A stretch of DNA of 24,762 bases from Pedosphaera sp. (GTDB lineage Bacteria; Verrucomicrobiota; Verrucomicrobiia; Limisphaerales; SIBH01), in NCBI GenBank assembly GCA_031414955.1, contig JANOQV010000183.1, positions 1-24,762 on the forward strand. Direction: 5' to 3'. The stretch's first letter is position 1. Each line of letters begins with the position of its first letter. This document shows, in pieces, positions 18,101-24,310 of this stretch. The notes below the pieces were generated by a model that was given only the letters and a program-made list of their open reading frames with translations, ran no database searches and had not been told where the DNA came from. The position numbers and the translations under genes are program-made.

Positions 18101-18822
18101 TCGCCTTTTGTATTTCCAAGCGACGCTAGAACTTCCGCTGCTTCAATGCTGTCACTCCCAAAGGACTTCTCGTTAATCGTCAAAGCTCGTTGGAGCAGCG
18201 GAATCGCCTCCGATGGCTGATGTCGGAAAAAAGTGTGGAGATCGGCAATGACCATCAGGATTCCAACCAGCTTCGGGCTTTCTTGTCCCGACAGTTGTTC
18301 CCTGCCGGTTAGCGCCTGATTGAACGCTTGAATGGCCTGGTCATGCTTGAGGATCGATTTGTAGCCCTGACCTAAAACCCAACACAGATTCACCCTGTTC
18401 TCTTTGTTCTGATCATTGTCCGGTAAGGACTCGGTGAGCCTGCGGCTTCGCTCAAGGTTTGGAACTGCCTTTTCAAAATCGCCCCGCATTCCGTAGAGCA
18501 CTCCGATTCGCAACAGAACCAAACCAGCTTCGGACGAATCCATTCCGAATGTTTTTTCGACTGACCCAAGCAGTCGCTCATAGATGGGGATGCCATTGGT
18601 GGTGTCCTTTTTCAGCCAGAGTTCGTTGGCCACTTTGAGGGATTCGACGAGCTTTTGCATTGGCATTTCGGCGCCCGTGGCAACTGGCGATGTCCGCTGA
18701 CCATTCATTGAGGCGGTAAAAACACCGCAGAAACAGAATAACCAAAACAGAAAATGACACTGCCGCGTGCAAGCAACACGAGTAATGATTGCTGGCTGAG
18801 AGAAAAAAGCTGGCTTCGCCAC
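15187..18822 (-). CDS. TPR-repeat + CHAT (caspase-like) domain protein; start uncertain (GTG 18822 or ATG 18708)
   Basis: Many ~42-aa TPRs (ALxIxEKxxGxxHxxVAxxLNNLG type). CHAT motifs LIVCPDGQLSRLPFE, LPGAGEEA, HLATHG (His), LVILSACDSG (Cys), AGAESVLASHWKV, PYYWAAF. The hydrophobic stretch FLFWLFCFCGVFTAS may be a signal sequence. Confidence 0.92.
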   Translation of the reverse strand: MAKPAFFSQPAIITRVACTRQCHFLFWLFCFCGVFTASMNGQRTSPVATGAEMPMQKLVESLKVANELWLKKDTTNGIPIYERLLGSVEKTFGMDSSEAGLVLLRIGVLYGMRGDFEKAVPNLERSRRLTESLPDNDQNKENRVNLCWVLGQGYKSILKHDQAIQAFNQALTGREQLSGQESPKLVGILMVIADLHTFFRHQPSEAIPLLQRALTINEKSFGSDSIEAAEVLASLGNTKGEAGDLEGALVCLKRSLVIREKALGKTHIQVGIASHNLGSIYSKLGDEAQALPLLERAVSVFEKNAVTNDLQFAFMYAGALNQLGVAELGIGYYEKGTSTLRRSLVVTESNFGGASINLVSTLSSLAVAYHHQGNLERALAHLERAQRILENAPAHKARELVDGLNSLATLFRNVGDASAAERLFNRSLEMAERQFGGDYVSVADSLNGLALINKNRGERAKALTQFERALRIFEKSGTTSSQRDIAVILNNMSVLFEEAGDRSRALSTLQRALAIQTKILPEKHPALATTLNNLGDLYSQIGAWGEANDALQKSVDMTDALYGKDNPDSCTYLENLAIAETLNGERAKGLSDLLEAARRRRRYVVGQMTFQESSSGRHMQGELRMSWDWFHSFCRFDPGALAPSVSAAGAEHLAFSKALLEEIETVTARLAVDQRAQVQELRQQSGSIRKRLSMFKERIEQAAWLEERMAWRSSERDKLEHEFGEIEERIATASELVAQTIRDRDLVLADIVHSLPTQAALIDLVQYRRSNFRDGTNQWKEARYAAYLTFPLAKDSTNLVVERVDLGEAAPIDAAVETITRRMSAGEYRAKDLAAALQRVSELMYAPLARQLTNFSHLIVCPDGQLSRLPFEMLPVAPGGKYLIEEKTISYVGSGREIVRLAAGESSKSKVQSSKSEAAVSKSLVMGNPDFDLDLSARSSRREEAPSGNAERGTRNAELDQSLLTSAATKMLSRSYRGQRFAPLPGAGEEARAVAKLLGNDCVLRLGAEAREAELKAVQSPRVLHLATHGFYEKDQEFKRTNAPNAWQLAGDFTARRSLSPPQDDWENPLLRCGIALAGANHFTNSAFRNPHSALEDGLLTGLEASLLNLQGTELVILSACDSGSGEVKTGEGVMSLRRAFRIAGAESVLASHWKVSDQATSRLMTEFMRRWRGGAPRAQAWREAQLSLLRSKDFSNPYYWAAFTLTGQWR
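15916..16011. repeat. GTAG-type REP doublet inside the CHAT coding sequence, with a nested TTCCGCR heptamer array
   Basis: CGTAGCAGCCGACGTAAGGAGGCTC (15916-15940) and its inverted copy at 15987-16011 (24/25 match). Total length 96 bp. Heptamers at 15947-15980. Confidence 0.88.
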
Positions 18823-18853
18823 AACGCATCCATGCCACTCAGAGGAGAGGAGT

Positions 18854-20131
18854 TCAATCCGATCTTTTCGTATCGAGCATTGCAACAAGTTCCTGATTGG
18901 CAGTTTGCGACAGCCGTTCCAAGTGGGCCGTAAGCTCACCTTCCGCCGGTCGTCGTCGCTGCCGTTCCGCAACTGCGGCAGGCGTCAGCAAATGCTCGGC
19001 TGCTTCCAATGTCGCTGAGAATGATTGCAGGGTTTGATTGTCAGGAATCGCGATGTAACGCGTACCACTGCCGAGAAAGCCGACCCCCTTCAACTGCATC
19101 AGCCGCAAAAGACTCGCGAAACCCCGATCAAATGTCAGAAAATACGGAATCGGAAAATTCGCGTCTTTTCCAAGATGTCCAAGCGCAGTGACCAACATCA
19201 TTACGTTCCGCCAATGAGCTAAATCCCACGACATGGAGTGGATGCTGCCCAGCAAGTCGCTTGCGTTCCGTTGGACTGTTCTGAAGAACGGTTCCTGAGA
19301 TTTGAGTTCGTAGTACCGCCAAGCGACCATCAGTTCAGTCTGAAGGAGCATGGCGAACTCTTGGTCGAAGTATTCGAGCAGTTTTAGGAACTTGTGTTTG
19401 GCTGACTTTCTTCCGCCGGGGCCAAAATCAATCGCAGCGATTTTTGTAAGCGCGATGCGACTCGACAAATAGTACTGCTTCATCGGCTCGTAGAGCGTCT
19501 GGAAATCACGGGTTTCCAAACTGGCCATTGTGCCCGTCACCATTTCCTCAAGTCGATTCTCCGAAACGGTTGGACGGATGAGCCGATCACGATGAAAAGT
19601 TTCTGCGTCAGCAAGTTTGAAGGCCGTGAACGCCTTGATGCTGTTCCTCACTTCAGGAAGGTGCCGTCGTCCGAAGTTTTCGTTCAAATAGCAAGCTGCG
19701 CCGAGGCCGTCTCTCTTCGTCATCAGAAAATCGCCCGCAGCAAAAAAGGCATCGGCGTTTGCACCCAAACTCCTCCCGGAATAGACGGCGTTGCAATAGC
19801 TGACGAAATTTGTGTCAGCGAAAATGTATCCTGCATAGGTGGCACGCCTGGGTGACCCAGCATTCTGAATCAAACCAAGTTGCCGGCTTTTCAGGAGACT
19901 TTGGAGGAAACCCTTTTGCTCGAACGAAACATCATTCGGCAGAAGCGGCTTGTCGTAATTTTTGTCATCAACCACGAAGATCCCGCGAGCCCCCTCGAGG
20001 TCGTGAAAAAAATGTGACCACGTCAGGCTGATTCGTGAGAAGTCATTGGTCTCACAAACCTCCGCAAAACTTTCGAGGATTTCGCGCTGTTTCAATGCAT
20101 TCATACCGTTCGTCTGTGATGTGGATACCAC
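18854..20131 (-). CDS. Hypothetical protein, possible divergent PIN-like nuclease (start GTG 20131 or ATG 20104)
   Basis: Long ORF in AT-richer DNA. IFADTNFVSY, SWDLAHW and YFLTFDRGF resemble PIN acidic motifs but are spread over ~250 aa. Confidence 0.6.
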   Translation of the reverse strand: MVSTSQTNGMNALKQREILESFAEVCETNDFSRISLTWSHFFHDLEGARGIFVVDDKNYDKPLLPNDVSFEQKGFLQSLLKSRQLGLIQNAGSPRRATYAGYIFADTNFVSYCNAVYSGRSLGANADAFFAAGDFLMTKRDGLGAACYLNENFGRRHLPEVRNSIKAFTAFKLADAETFHRDRLIRPTVSENRLEEMVTGTMASLETRDFQTLYEPMKQYYLSSRIALTKIAAIDFGPGGRKSAKHKFLKLLEYFDQEFAMLLQTELMVAWRYYELKSQEPFFRTVQRNASDLLGSIHSMSWDLAHWRNVMMLVTALGHLGKDANFPIPYFLTFDRGFASLLRLMQLKGVGFLGSGTRYIAIPDNQTLQSFSATLEAAEHLLTPAAVAERQRRRPAEGELTAHLERLSQTANQELVAMLDTKRSD

Positions 20132-20199
20132 GAAAGTATTTCCGAAAACCGGGGCAGCCGCAACTTCGCGCCGGATGGCCCTCGATCAATGACCATTTT

Positions 20200-20526
20200 T
20201 CAGCGCGGCACGCGAATCGTGCCGTAGCCGCGATAGCTGAGATTGTCCGTCACGGTGTCGTTGGCGGGCGTGCGGACGTGCGGTTCCACATACGTCCCGT
20301 TGCTCCGGGTGTAGCCGCCCACACTCACCGAGGGCGAAGCCGCGTACGGGTTGCGATAGACGTAGGTGGAACGCGCGCTGCCGCCCCGCGAGCCGGAGTC
20401 GGAGCGGTAGTGCGGCGCCACGTAGGTGCCGTTGCTGCGGACGTAGCCGCGCACGGGTCCGGCGGGCGTGTTGAGGGCGGCGGCCAGCAACGCGGCGGCA
20501 ACGATGAGTTTGGTCAGGATTTTCAT
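20200..20526 (-). CDS. Small secreted protein with two VxGYxRSNGTYVxPH motifs (paralog 1, 108 aa)
   Basis: MKILTKLIVAAALLAAALNTPA signal peptide, VRGYVRSNGTYVAPHYR and VGGYTRSNGTYVEPHVR. Start set by homology with the other paralogs. Confidence 0.85.
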   Translation of the reverse strand: MKILTKLIVAAALLAAALNTPAGPVRGYVRSNGTYVAPHYRSDSGSRGGSARSTYVYRNPYAASPSVSVGGYTRSNGTYVEPHVRTPANDTVTDNLSYRGYGTIRVPR

Positions 20527-20556
20527 GATTTTGTTTTGGTTGAGGTGTGAATTTGA

Positions 20557-20767
20557 AACCGCGAAATACGCGAAATACACGAACGGGCGGCGCGCGGACT
20601 TCCCTCTCCCCTCAACGGGGAGAGATTCCACGAGCGGCCAAGGCTCGCGATTTGTTCCCCTGAACCGGGCGGAGCGCCGGCGTCCTCGCCGGCTTGGCGC
20701 GTGCGGATACCCAAAGCCGGCGAGACGCCAGCGCTCCGGTTCATGGGTAGGGATTGAGGGTGAGGGG
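20557..20767. repeat. Cluster of nested repeat elements
   Basis: 9-bp array CGCGAAATA (20557-20584), hairpin CTCTCCCC-tcaac-GGGGAGAG (20604-20624), and a REP doublet 20670-20738 enclosed by CCCCTGAACC/GGTTCATGGG. Confidence 0.7.
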
Positions 20768-20980
20768 TGGTGACGCGAGAGATCGTCGGCTTGAAACCGG
20801 AGCCAGCGAACAGAACGTAAGCGTGTGTTGGCCGTTTCTGCTTTGGTCGGGTGCTGGTTGCATTCCCACCCCTCCCCCCGGCCCACTCCCCGGTGGGGGG
20901 AGAGGGAGACCGAATCGCACCGTCTCGTCGTGGTGTGTGCATCGCGTGAATGTTGTCGCTATGAGTTCGAACGCCAGTTC

Positions 20981-21325
20981 TCACCAGCCGTAGAGCGTCG
21001 TGAACGATGTGTTGCCGAGATGGATGGTGCTGCCAGAGAGCGAGCCGCCGCCGGTGGAGTAGTAGTTGTGGAAGGTGAAGTCGCCCATGGTCGTGCTGCT
21101 GCCGTAAACGCTCACCGGAGTCGAGTAGCTGTAGGTGGGGTAGCAGGACGCGGAGCCGTAGCTCGAATAGCTGGAATAACCCGGCGTGTAGCTGGGCGGG
21201 CTGCGGTGGTAGCCGCTCCCGTAGGTGCTGCTGGCGCGGAAGTAGCCGTTGACCCATTCAGCGTGCGAACTGGCGACGGTGGCGAGCAGGGCGACGGCGA
21301 GGGCGAGTTTGGTCAGAATTTTCAT
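20981..21325 (-). CDS. Small secreted Tyr/Ser/Gly-rich protein (paralog 2, degenerate motif)
   Basis: MKILTKLALAVALLATVASSHA signal, WVNGYFRASSTYGSGYHR. Shares the upstream TCAACCAAAACRAAATC-ATG with paralog 1. Confidence 0.82.
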   Translation of the reverse strand: MKILTKLALAVALLATVASSHAEWVNGYFRASSTYGSGYHRSPPSYTPGYSSYSSYGSASCYPTYSYSTPVSVYGSSTTMGDFTFHNYYSTGGGSLSGSTIHLGNTSFTTLYGW

Positions 21326-21387
21326 GATTTCGTTTTGGTTGAAGTGGTGGTTGGTAGCGAAGCGTGATGATTGGTTCCACCGTGGTG

Positions 21388-21681
21388 TTAGAAGCCGTAG
21401 CCGTTGCGACGGAGCGGGCGCGCGGGCTGGCTGAAGTCGTATAAGGGCAAGGGGCGCGGAGTCTCATAGCCAAACGAGCGAGGCGAGACGTAGCCGGGTT
21501 CCTGCGAGGGGTAGCAGCGATAACTGTAGTTGTCGTACGGGGTGCCGTTGGCGGGGGTGCGGGAGTAGCCGCCCACGTAGGTGCCGTTGGCGCGGGTGTA
21601 GCCATTCACCCAATCGGCGCGGGCCGAGGCGGCGGTGGCGAGCAGGGTGAGGGCGAGGGTGATTTTGGTCAGGGTTTTCAT
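21388..21681 (-). CDS. Small secreted protein with one motif copy (paralog 3)
   Basis: MKTLTKITLALTLLATAASARA signal, DWVNGYTRANGTYVGGYSRTPANGTPYDNYSYR. Confidence 0.85.
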   Translation of the reverse strand: MKTLTKITLALTLLATAASARADWVNGYTRANGTYVGGYSRTPANGTPYDNYSYRCYPSQEPGYVSPRSFGYETPRPLPLYDFSQPARPLRRNGYGF

Positions 21682-21696
21682 GGTCGTGTCTTTGTT

Positions 21697-21766
21697 TGAA
21701 GGCCTTTCCGCAGTGCCGTCCGCATCGGCGGGCCGGTTTTGGTTTGTTCACTGGGAACAGCCTTCA
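21697..21766 (-). promoter_or_regulatory. Candidate structured 5' leader, copy A
   Basis: TGAAGGC-tg-TTCC-CAGTG ... CACTG-c-GGAA-ag-GCCTTCA stem enclosing an A/C-rich loop and a CCGC-cgat-GCGG hairpin. Confidence 0.55.
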
Positions 21767-21773
21767 CCCATGC

Positions 21774-21801
21774 CATCGCAATCGCCGGGAGGTTTCTTAC
21801 A
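21774..21801 (-). promoter_or_regulatory. Candidate ECF-sigma promoter, copy A
   Basis: TGTAAG-N16-GCGATG. The hexamers are identical in copy B and the spacer differs at 3 positions. Confidence 0.45.
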
Positions 21802-21808
21802 AAAAAAA

Positions 21809-22019
21809 TTAACCACGGATGGACACGGATGGGGAAATGGACGAATTGCCACAGAGAACGCAGAGAAAGCAGAGAACGCAGAGAACGCAGAGAGGATGGA
21901 GCGCCGAGCATTGCTCGGCTCGAACGCCAGACATCAAGCCCGTGCCGAGCAATGCTCGGGGCTCCAAGTTGCCCCACGCCGGGAGTTTCGTTCTTTGCGT
22001 TCTCTGTGTTCTTGGTGGC
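21809..22019. repeat. Composite repeat: 10-bp CACGGATGRA arm, then 9-bp GCAGAGAAC inverted arms enclosing a REP doublet
   Basis: 10-bp arm 21809-21835. 9-bp left arm 21848-21892. REP pair TGGAGCGCCGAGCATTGCTCGGC at 21897-21919 and 21944-21966. Degenerate 9-bp right arm 21987-22019. Confidence 0.85.
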
Positions 22020-22054
22020 GAATCAAGGCTGGCTTGCTGGTGGCAAGAGATGCC

Positions 22055-22297
22055 TCAACTTTTTGGCCGCGCCGGTGCGTCCTTCAAGAGCAGCGCAGAA
22101 CTGTCGGCACGTTGGCGTTCTTGCGCGGCCATGAACTGGCGGAGTTCTTCCGCGCTGTGCAGGACGGGGCCGGGGTGCGGGTGTTGCGCGGCCCATTGGC
22201 GGGTGTTCTCGCACAGGCGGTGCAGGTCGTAATCCGCTTCGCGCGCCAGATCGTCTTTCACGCGCCAGGCTTCTTCAAGAATCGGATTCGGTTTCAT
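22055..22297 (-). CDS. Putative antitoxin/partner of the upstream PIN toxin
   Basis: 80 aa, MKPNPILEEAWRVKDDLAREADYDLHRL. It overlaps the 3' end of the PIN gene and resembles the small proteins that follow this PIN subfamily. Confidence 0.7.
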   Translation of the reverse strand: MKPNPILEEAWRVKDDLAREADYDLHRLCENTRQWAAQHPHPGPVLHSAEELRQFMAAQERQRADSSALLLKDAPARPKS

Positions 22298-22772
22298 GCG
22301 TCGAGTCTCCCATCAGTTCAGACGGAGTGCAAACCGTCGGCAGCGTCCAGCCGCGCTGGACGGCTTCGCGTTCCAGGCGGCGCAGGATTTGCGCGTTGGC
22401 CAGGTGTCGGCAGTTCCAGGTGAGCAGGTAATCCGCCCGGGCCACGGCGGCGACGGCCAGATGCACCGCGTCGGAGCGCACGGACGGCGGCAAGGCTCCG
22501 GTGCGGAGAAATTCCGTCGCAAGATTTTCGGCTTCGGTCGTGATGGACAGCACGGGCAGGCCCGCGAGCGAGGCGAGGCGGAGCCGTGCCTGCTCCGCAT
22601 CGCCGCGCGCGGCTTCGGCCAAGGTCTCGTCGGAGGTGACGCATTGGAACAAGTCGCGCCGCAGATTCCACCAGTTGCGCGTGGCTTGTTGCTGGCCCGC
22701 CGTCACCACATCGCGGCTGGGATTCGCCACGAGGTAGCTGACAATGGTGGTTTCGATGTACACGATTTCCAT
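22275..22772 (-). CDS. PIN-domain (VapC-like) toxin
   Basis: VYIETTIVSYL, SDETLAE, DAVHLAVAAVARADYLLTWNCRHLAN, PTVCTPSEL. Confidence 0.9.
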   Translation of the reverse strand: MEIVYIETTIVSYLVANPSRDVVTAGQQQATRNWWNLRRDLFQCVTSDETLAEAARGDAEQARLRLASLAGLPVLSITTEAENLATEFLRTGALPPSVRSDAVHLAVAAVARADYLLTWNCRHLANAQILRRLEREAVQRGWTLPTVCTPSELMGDSTHETESDS

Positions 22773-22886
22773 GCCGCTTCGGGAGTGTTTCAACAGGCGT
22801 TCGCGTCAGCAATCCGCAAGTCGTCCATTTTGAATCGGAGTTCACAGTTGGGAGGCACTTCATGCGTTGCTTCTCCAGCGTGTGCA

Positions 22887-23267
22887 TCACCTCGTCTTCG
22901 GCACGCGAACCGTGCCGTAGCCGCGATAGCTGAGGTTGTCGGTGCGGGTGTAGTTGGGCGCGGTGCGGACGTGCGGGGCCACGGAGCCGCCGTCGTAGCG
23001 CGTGTAGCCGCGCACGCCCACGGACGGCGAGGCCGCGTAGGGATTGCGATAGACGGAGCCGGAACTGCCGCTGGACGAGGAGCCGGGGTAGCTGGGTGTG
23101 TAACGGTAGGTCGGCATGGTGGAGTAGGAGGAGCCGGGCGAGTTGCGGTAGTGGCCGCTCACGTAGGTGCCGTCGGTGCGGGTGTAGCCGTTCACCCAAT
23201 CGGCGCGGGCCGCGAAGGCGGTGGCGAACAGGACGAGGGCGAGGGCGATTTTGGTCAGGGGTTTCAT
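22887..23267 (-). CDS. Small secreted protein with two motif copies (paralog 4, 126 aa)
   Basis: MKPLTKIALALVLFATAFAARA signal, WVNGYTRTDGTYVSGHYR and VRGYTRYDGGSVAPHVRTAPNYTRTDNLSYRGYGTVRVP. Confidence 0.87.
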   Translation of the reverse strand: MKPLTKIALALVLFATAFAARADWVNGYTRTDGTYVSGHYRNSPGSSYSTMPTYRYTPSYPGSSSSGSSGSVYRNPYAASPSVGVRGYTRYDGGSVAPHVRTAPNYTRTDNLSYRGYGTVRVPKTR

Positions 23268-23282
23268 AGTCGTGTCTTTGTT

Positions 23283-23351
23283 TGAAGGCGTTCCGCAGTG
23301 CCGTCCGCATCGGCGGGCCGGTTTTGGTTTGTTCACTGGGAACAGCCTTCA
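23283..23351 (-). promoter_or_regulatory. Candidate structured 5' leader, copy B
   Basis: TGAAGGC-t-GTTCC-CAGTG ... CACTG-c-GGAAC-GCCTTCA. The inner region is identical to copy A. Confidence 0.55.
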
Positions 23352-23358
23352 CTCATGC

Positions 23359-23386
23359 CATCGCAAACGATGGGAGGTTTCTTACA
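23359..23386 (-). promoter_or_regulatory. Candidate ECF-sigma promoter, copy B
   Basis: TGTAAG-N16-GCGATG, immediately upstream of leader B. Confidence 0.45.
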
Positions 23387-23393
23387 AAAATGT

Positions 23394-23432
23394 TTTTAAC
23401 CACGGATGGACACGGATGAACACGGATGGGGA
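23394..23432 (+). repeat. Left 10-bp-unit arm (TTTTAAC-CACGGATGRA x3)
   Basis: Reverse complement of 24196-24233 apart from a 1-nt indel. Confidence 0.9.
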
Positions 23433-23501
23433 GGCCTGGCTCGCGCGCGGATTTGAATTGAGTGGAGCGGGAGCATTTGTTCCGCTGAAACTCAGAACCG
23501 G

Positions 23502-23843
23502 ATGAAATTGCCCAACGCCCAACTTGCCACGGTGCCGGAGCGGAAGGTGACGCATTATTTGCTCGATCCGGCGCATCCGGTCGGCGGAAGCAAGGCGGCG
23601 TTTTTCCTGCGCTTTGGTTTCACCGTGGCCGATTGGGTGGGGCTGGCGGAAGCGTTGCTCCGGCACGCGAGAGAGAACGAGGTGATCAAGGTGGAGGAAA
23701 CTCGTCATGGAAGACGTTACGTGGTGGATGGCCCGCTGACCGCGCCCGACGGCACAGGCTTGAATGTTCGCAGCGCGTGGTATATCGATCCGGGCGTGGA
23801 TGCGCCGAGGTTTGTGACCGCGCATCCGCTGCCAAAATTATGA
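23502..23843 (+). CDS. Putative nuclease-type toxin (DUF6883-like)
   Basis: MKLPNA...KVTHYLLDPAHPVGGSKAAFF...GF...G.RY...G...VRSAW..D.....PRFVTA pattern. The family name is from recall. Confidence 0.8.
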   Translation: MKLPNAQLATVPERKVTHYLLDPAHPVGGSKAAFFLRFGFTVADWVGLAEALLRHARENEVIKVEETRHGRRYVVDGPLTAPDGTGLNVRSAWYIDPGVDAPRFVTAHPLPKL

Positions 23844-24076
23844 GCACTATCAATGAACTGGACGCGGTGGCTTTGACCTGCGACCAGCCACAACACGGCT
23901 TGGTGCGGGGCGATGTCGGCGCCGCTGTGCTGGTGCATGGCAACGGGGCGGCGTTCGAGGTGGAGTTTGTGGGCTACGATGGACACACGGTGGCCCTGCT
24001 CACCTTGGAGCGTTCCCAAGTGCGCCCGCTGGACACCCACGACATTCCCCACGCGCGGGAATTGGCACACACGTAA
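23840..24076 (+). CDS. DUF4926-like protein (putative antitoxin/immunity, 78 aa)
   Basis: ATGA overlap with the upstream gene. INELDAVAL...GLVRGDVGAAV....AFEVEFV..DGHTVALLTL. Confidence 0.85.
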   Translation: MSTINELDAVALTCDQPQHGLVRGDVGAAVLVHGNGAAFEVEFVGYDGHTVALLTLERSQVRPLDTHDIPHARELAHT

Positions 24077-24151
24077 GCGGTCTCCCGACCAAAACACTCC
24101 TCACCCCCAATCCCTCGCCTGAGAATAGGGAAGTCAGCCCCAGAACGGCTG

Positions 24152-24233
24152 CAATTCTCTGCGCTCTCTGCGTTCTCTGTGGCAATTCCTCCCCATCCCC
24201 ATCCGTGTTCATCCGTGCCATCCGTGGTTAAAA
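24152..24233 (-). repeat. Right composite arm (9-bp array + 10-bp array)
   Basis: Reverse complement reads TTTTAACCACGGATGGCACGGATGAACACGGATGGGGATGGGGAGGAATTGCCACAGAGAACGCAGAGAGCGCAGAGAA, matching 21809-21880 and 23394-23432. Confidence 0.88.
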
Positions 24234-24310
24234 CTTCTTTTCGATCCGAGCCTCGTTCCCTCGTCTCCTCCGGGGTGGACGGTGGGCGGGCGTTTCTTCA
24301 TGCTCGCGCG

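Noticed and set aside
18823..18972. CHAT ORF start at 18972
   Set aside because: It would overlap the upstream gene by 119 bp with no domain-like sequence. A start at or below 18822 is more plausible.
21697..21766. Known riboswitch (e.g. c-di-GMP-I, suggested by CAAACC...GGACG)
   Set aside because: It lacks the GNRA tetraloop/receptor and the GCAAAGC-type junction. The resemblance is superficial.
21760..21776. Sigma54 promoter TGGCATGGGTGAAGGC upstream of paralogs 3 and 4
   Set aside because: The spacing is GG-N11-GC rather than the strict N10.
20200..23267. Diversity-generating retroelement template/variable repeats among the paralogs
   Set aside because: No reverse transcriptase is in the window, and differences between copies include many C/G changes rather than adenine-specific ones.
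20200..24100. Integron cassette array
   Set aside because: There is no integrase and no consistent RYYYAAC...GTTRRRY attC sites after each gene. Genes have their own candidate promoters and mixed orientation.
21809..24233. CRISPR array from the recurring CACGGATG and GCAGAGAAC repeats
   Set aside because: The units are 9-10 bp and directly tandem, with no unique equal-length spacers and no cas genes.
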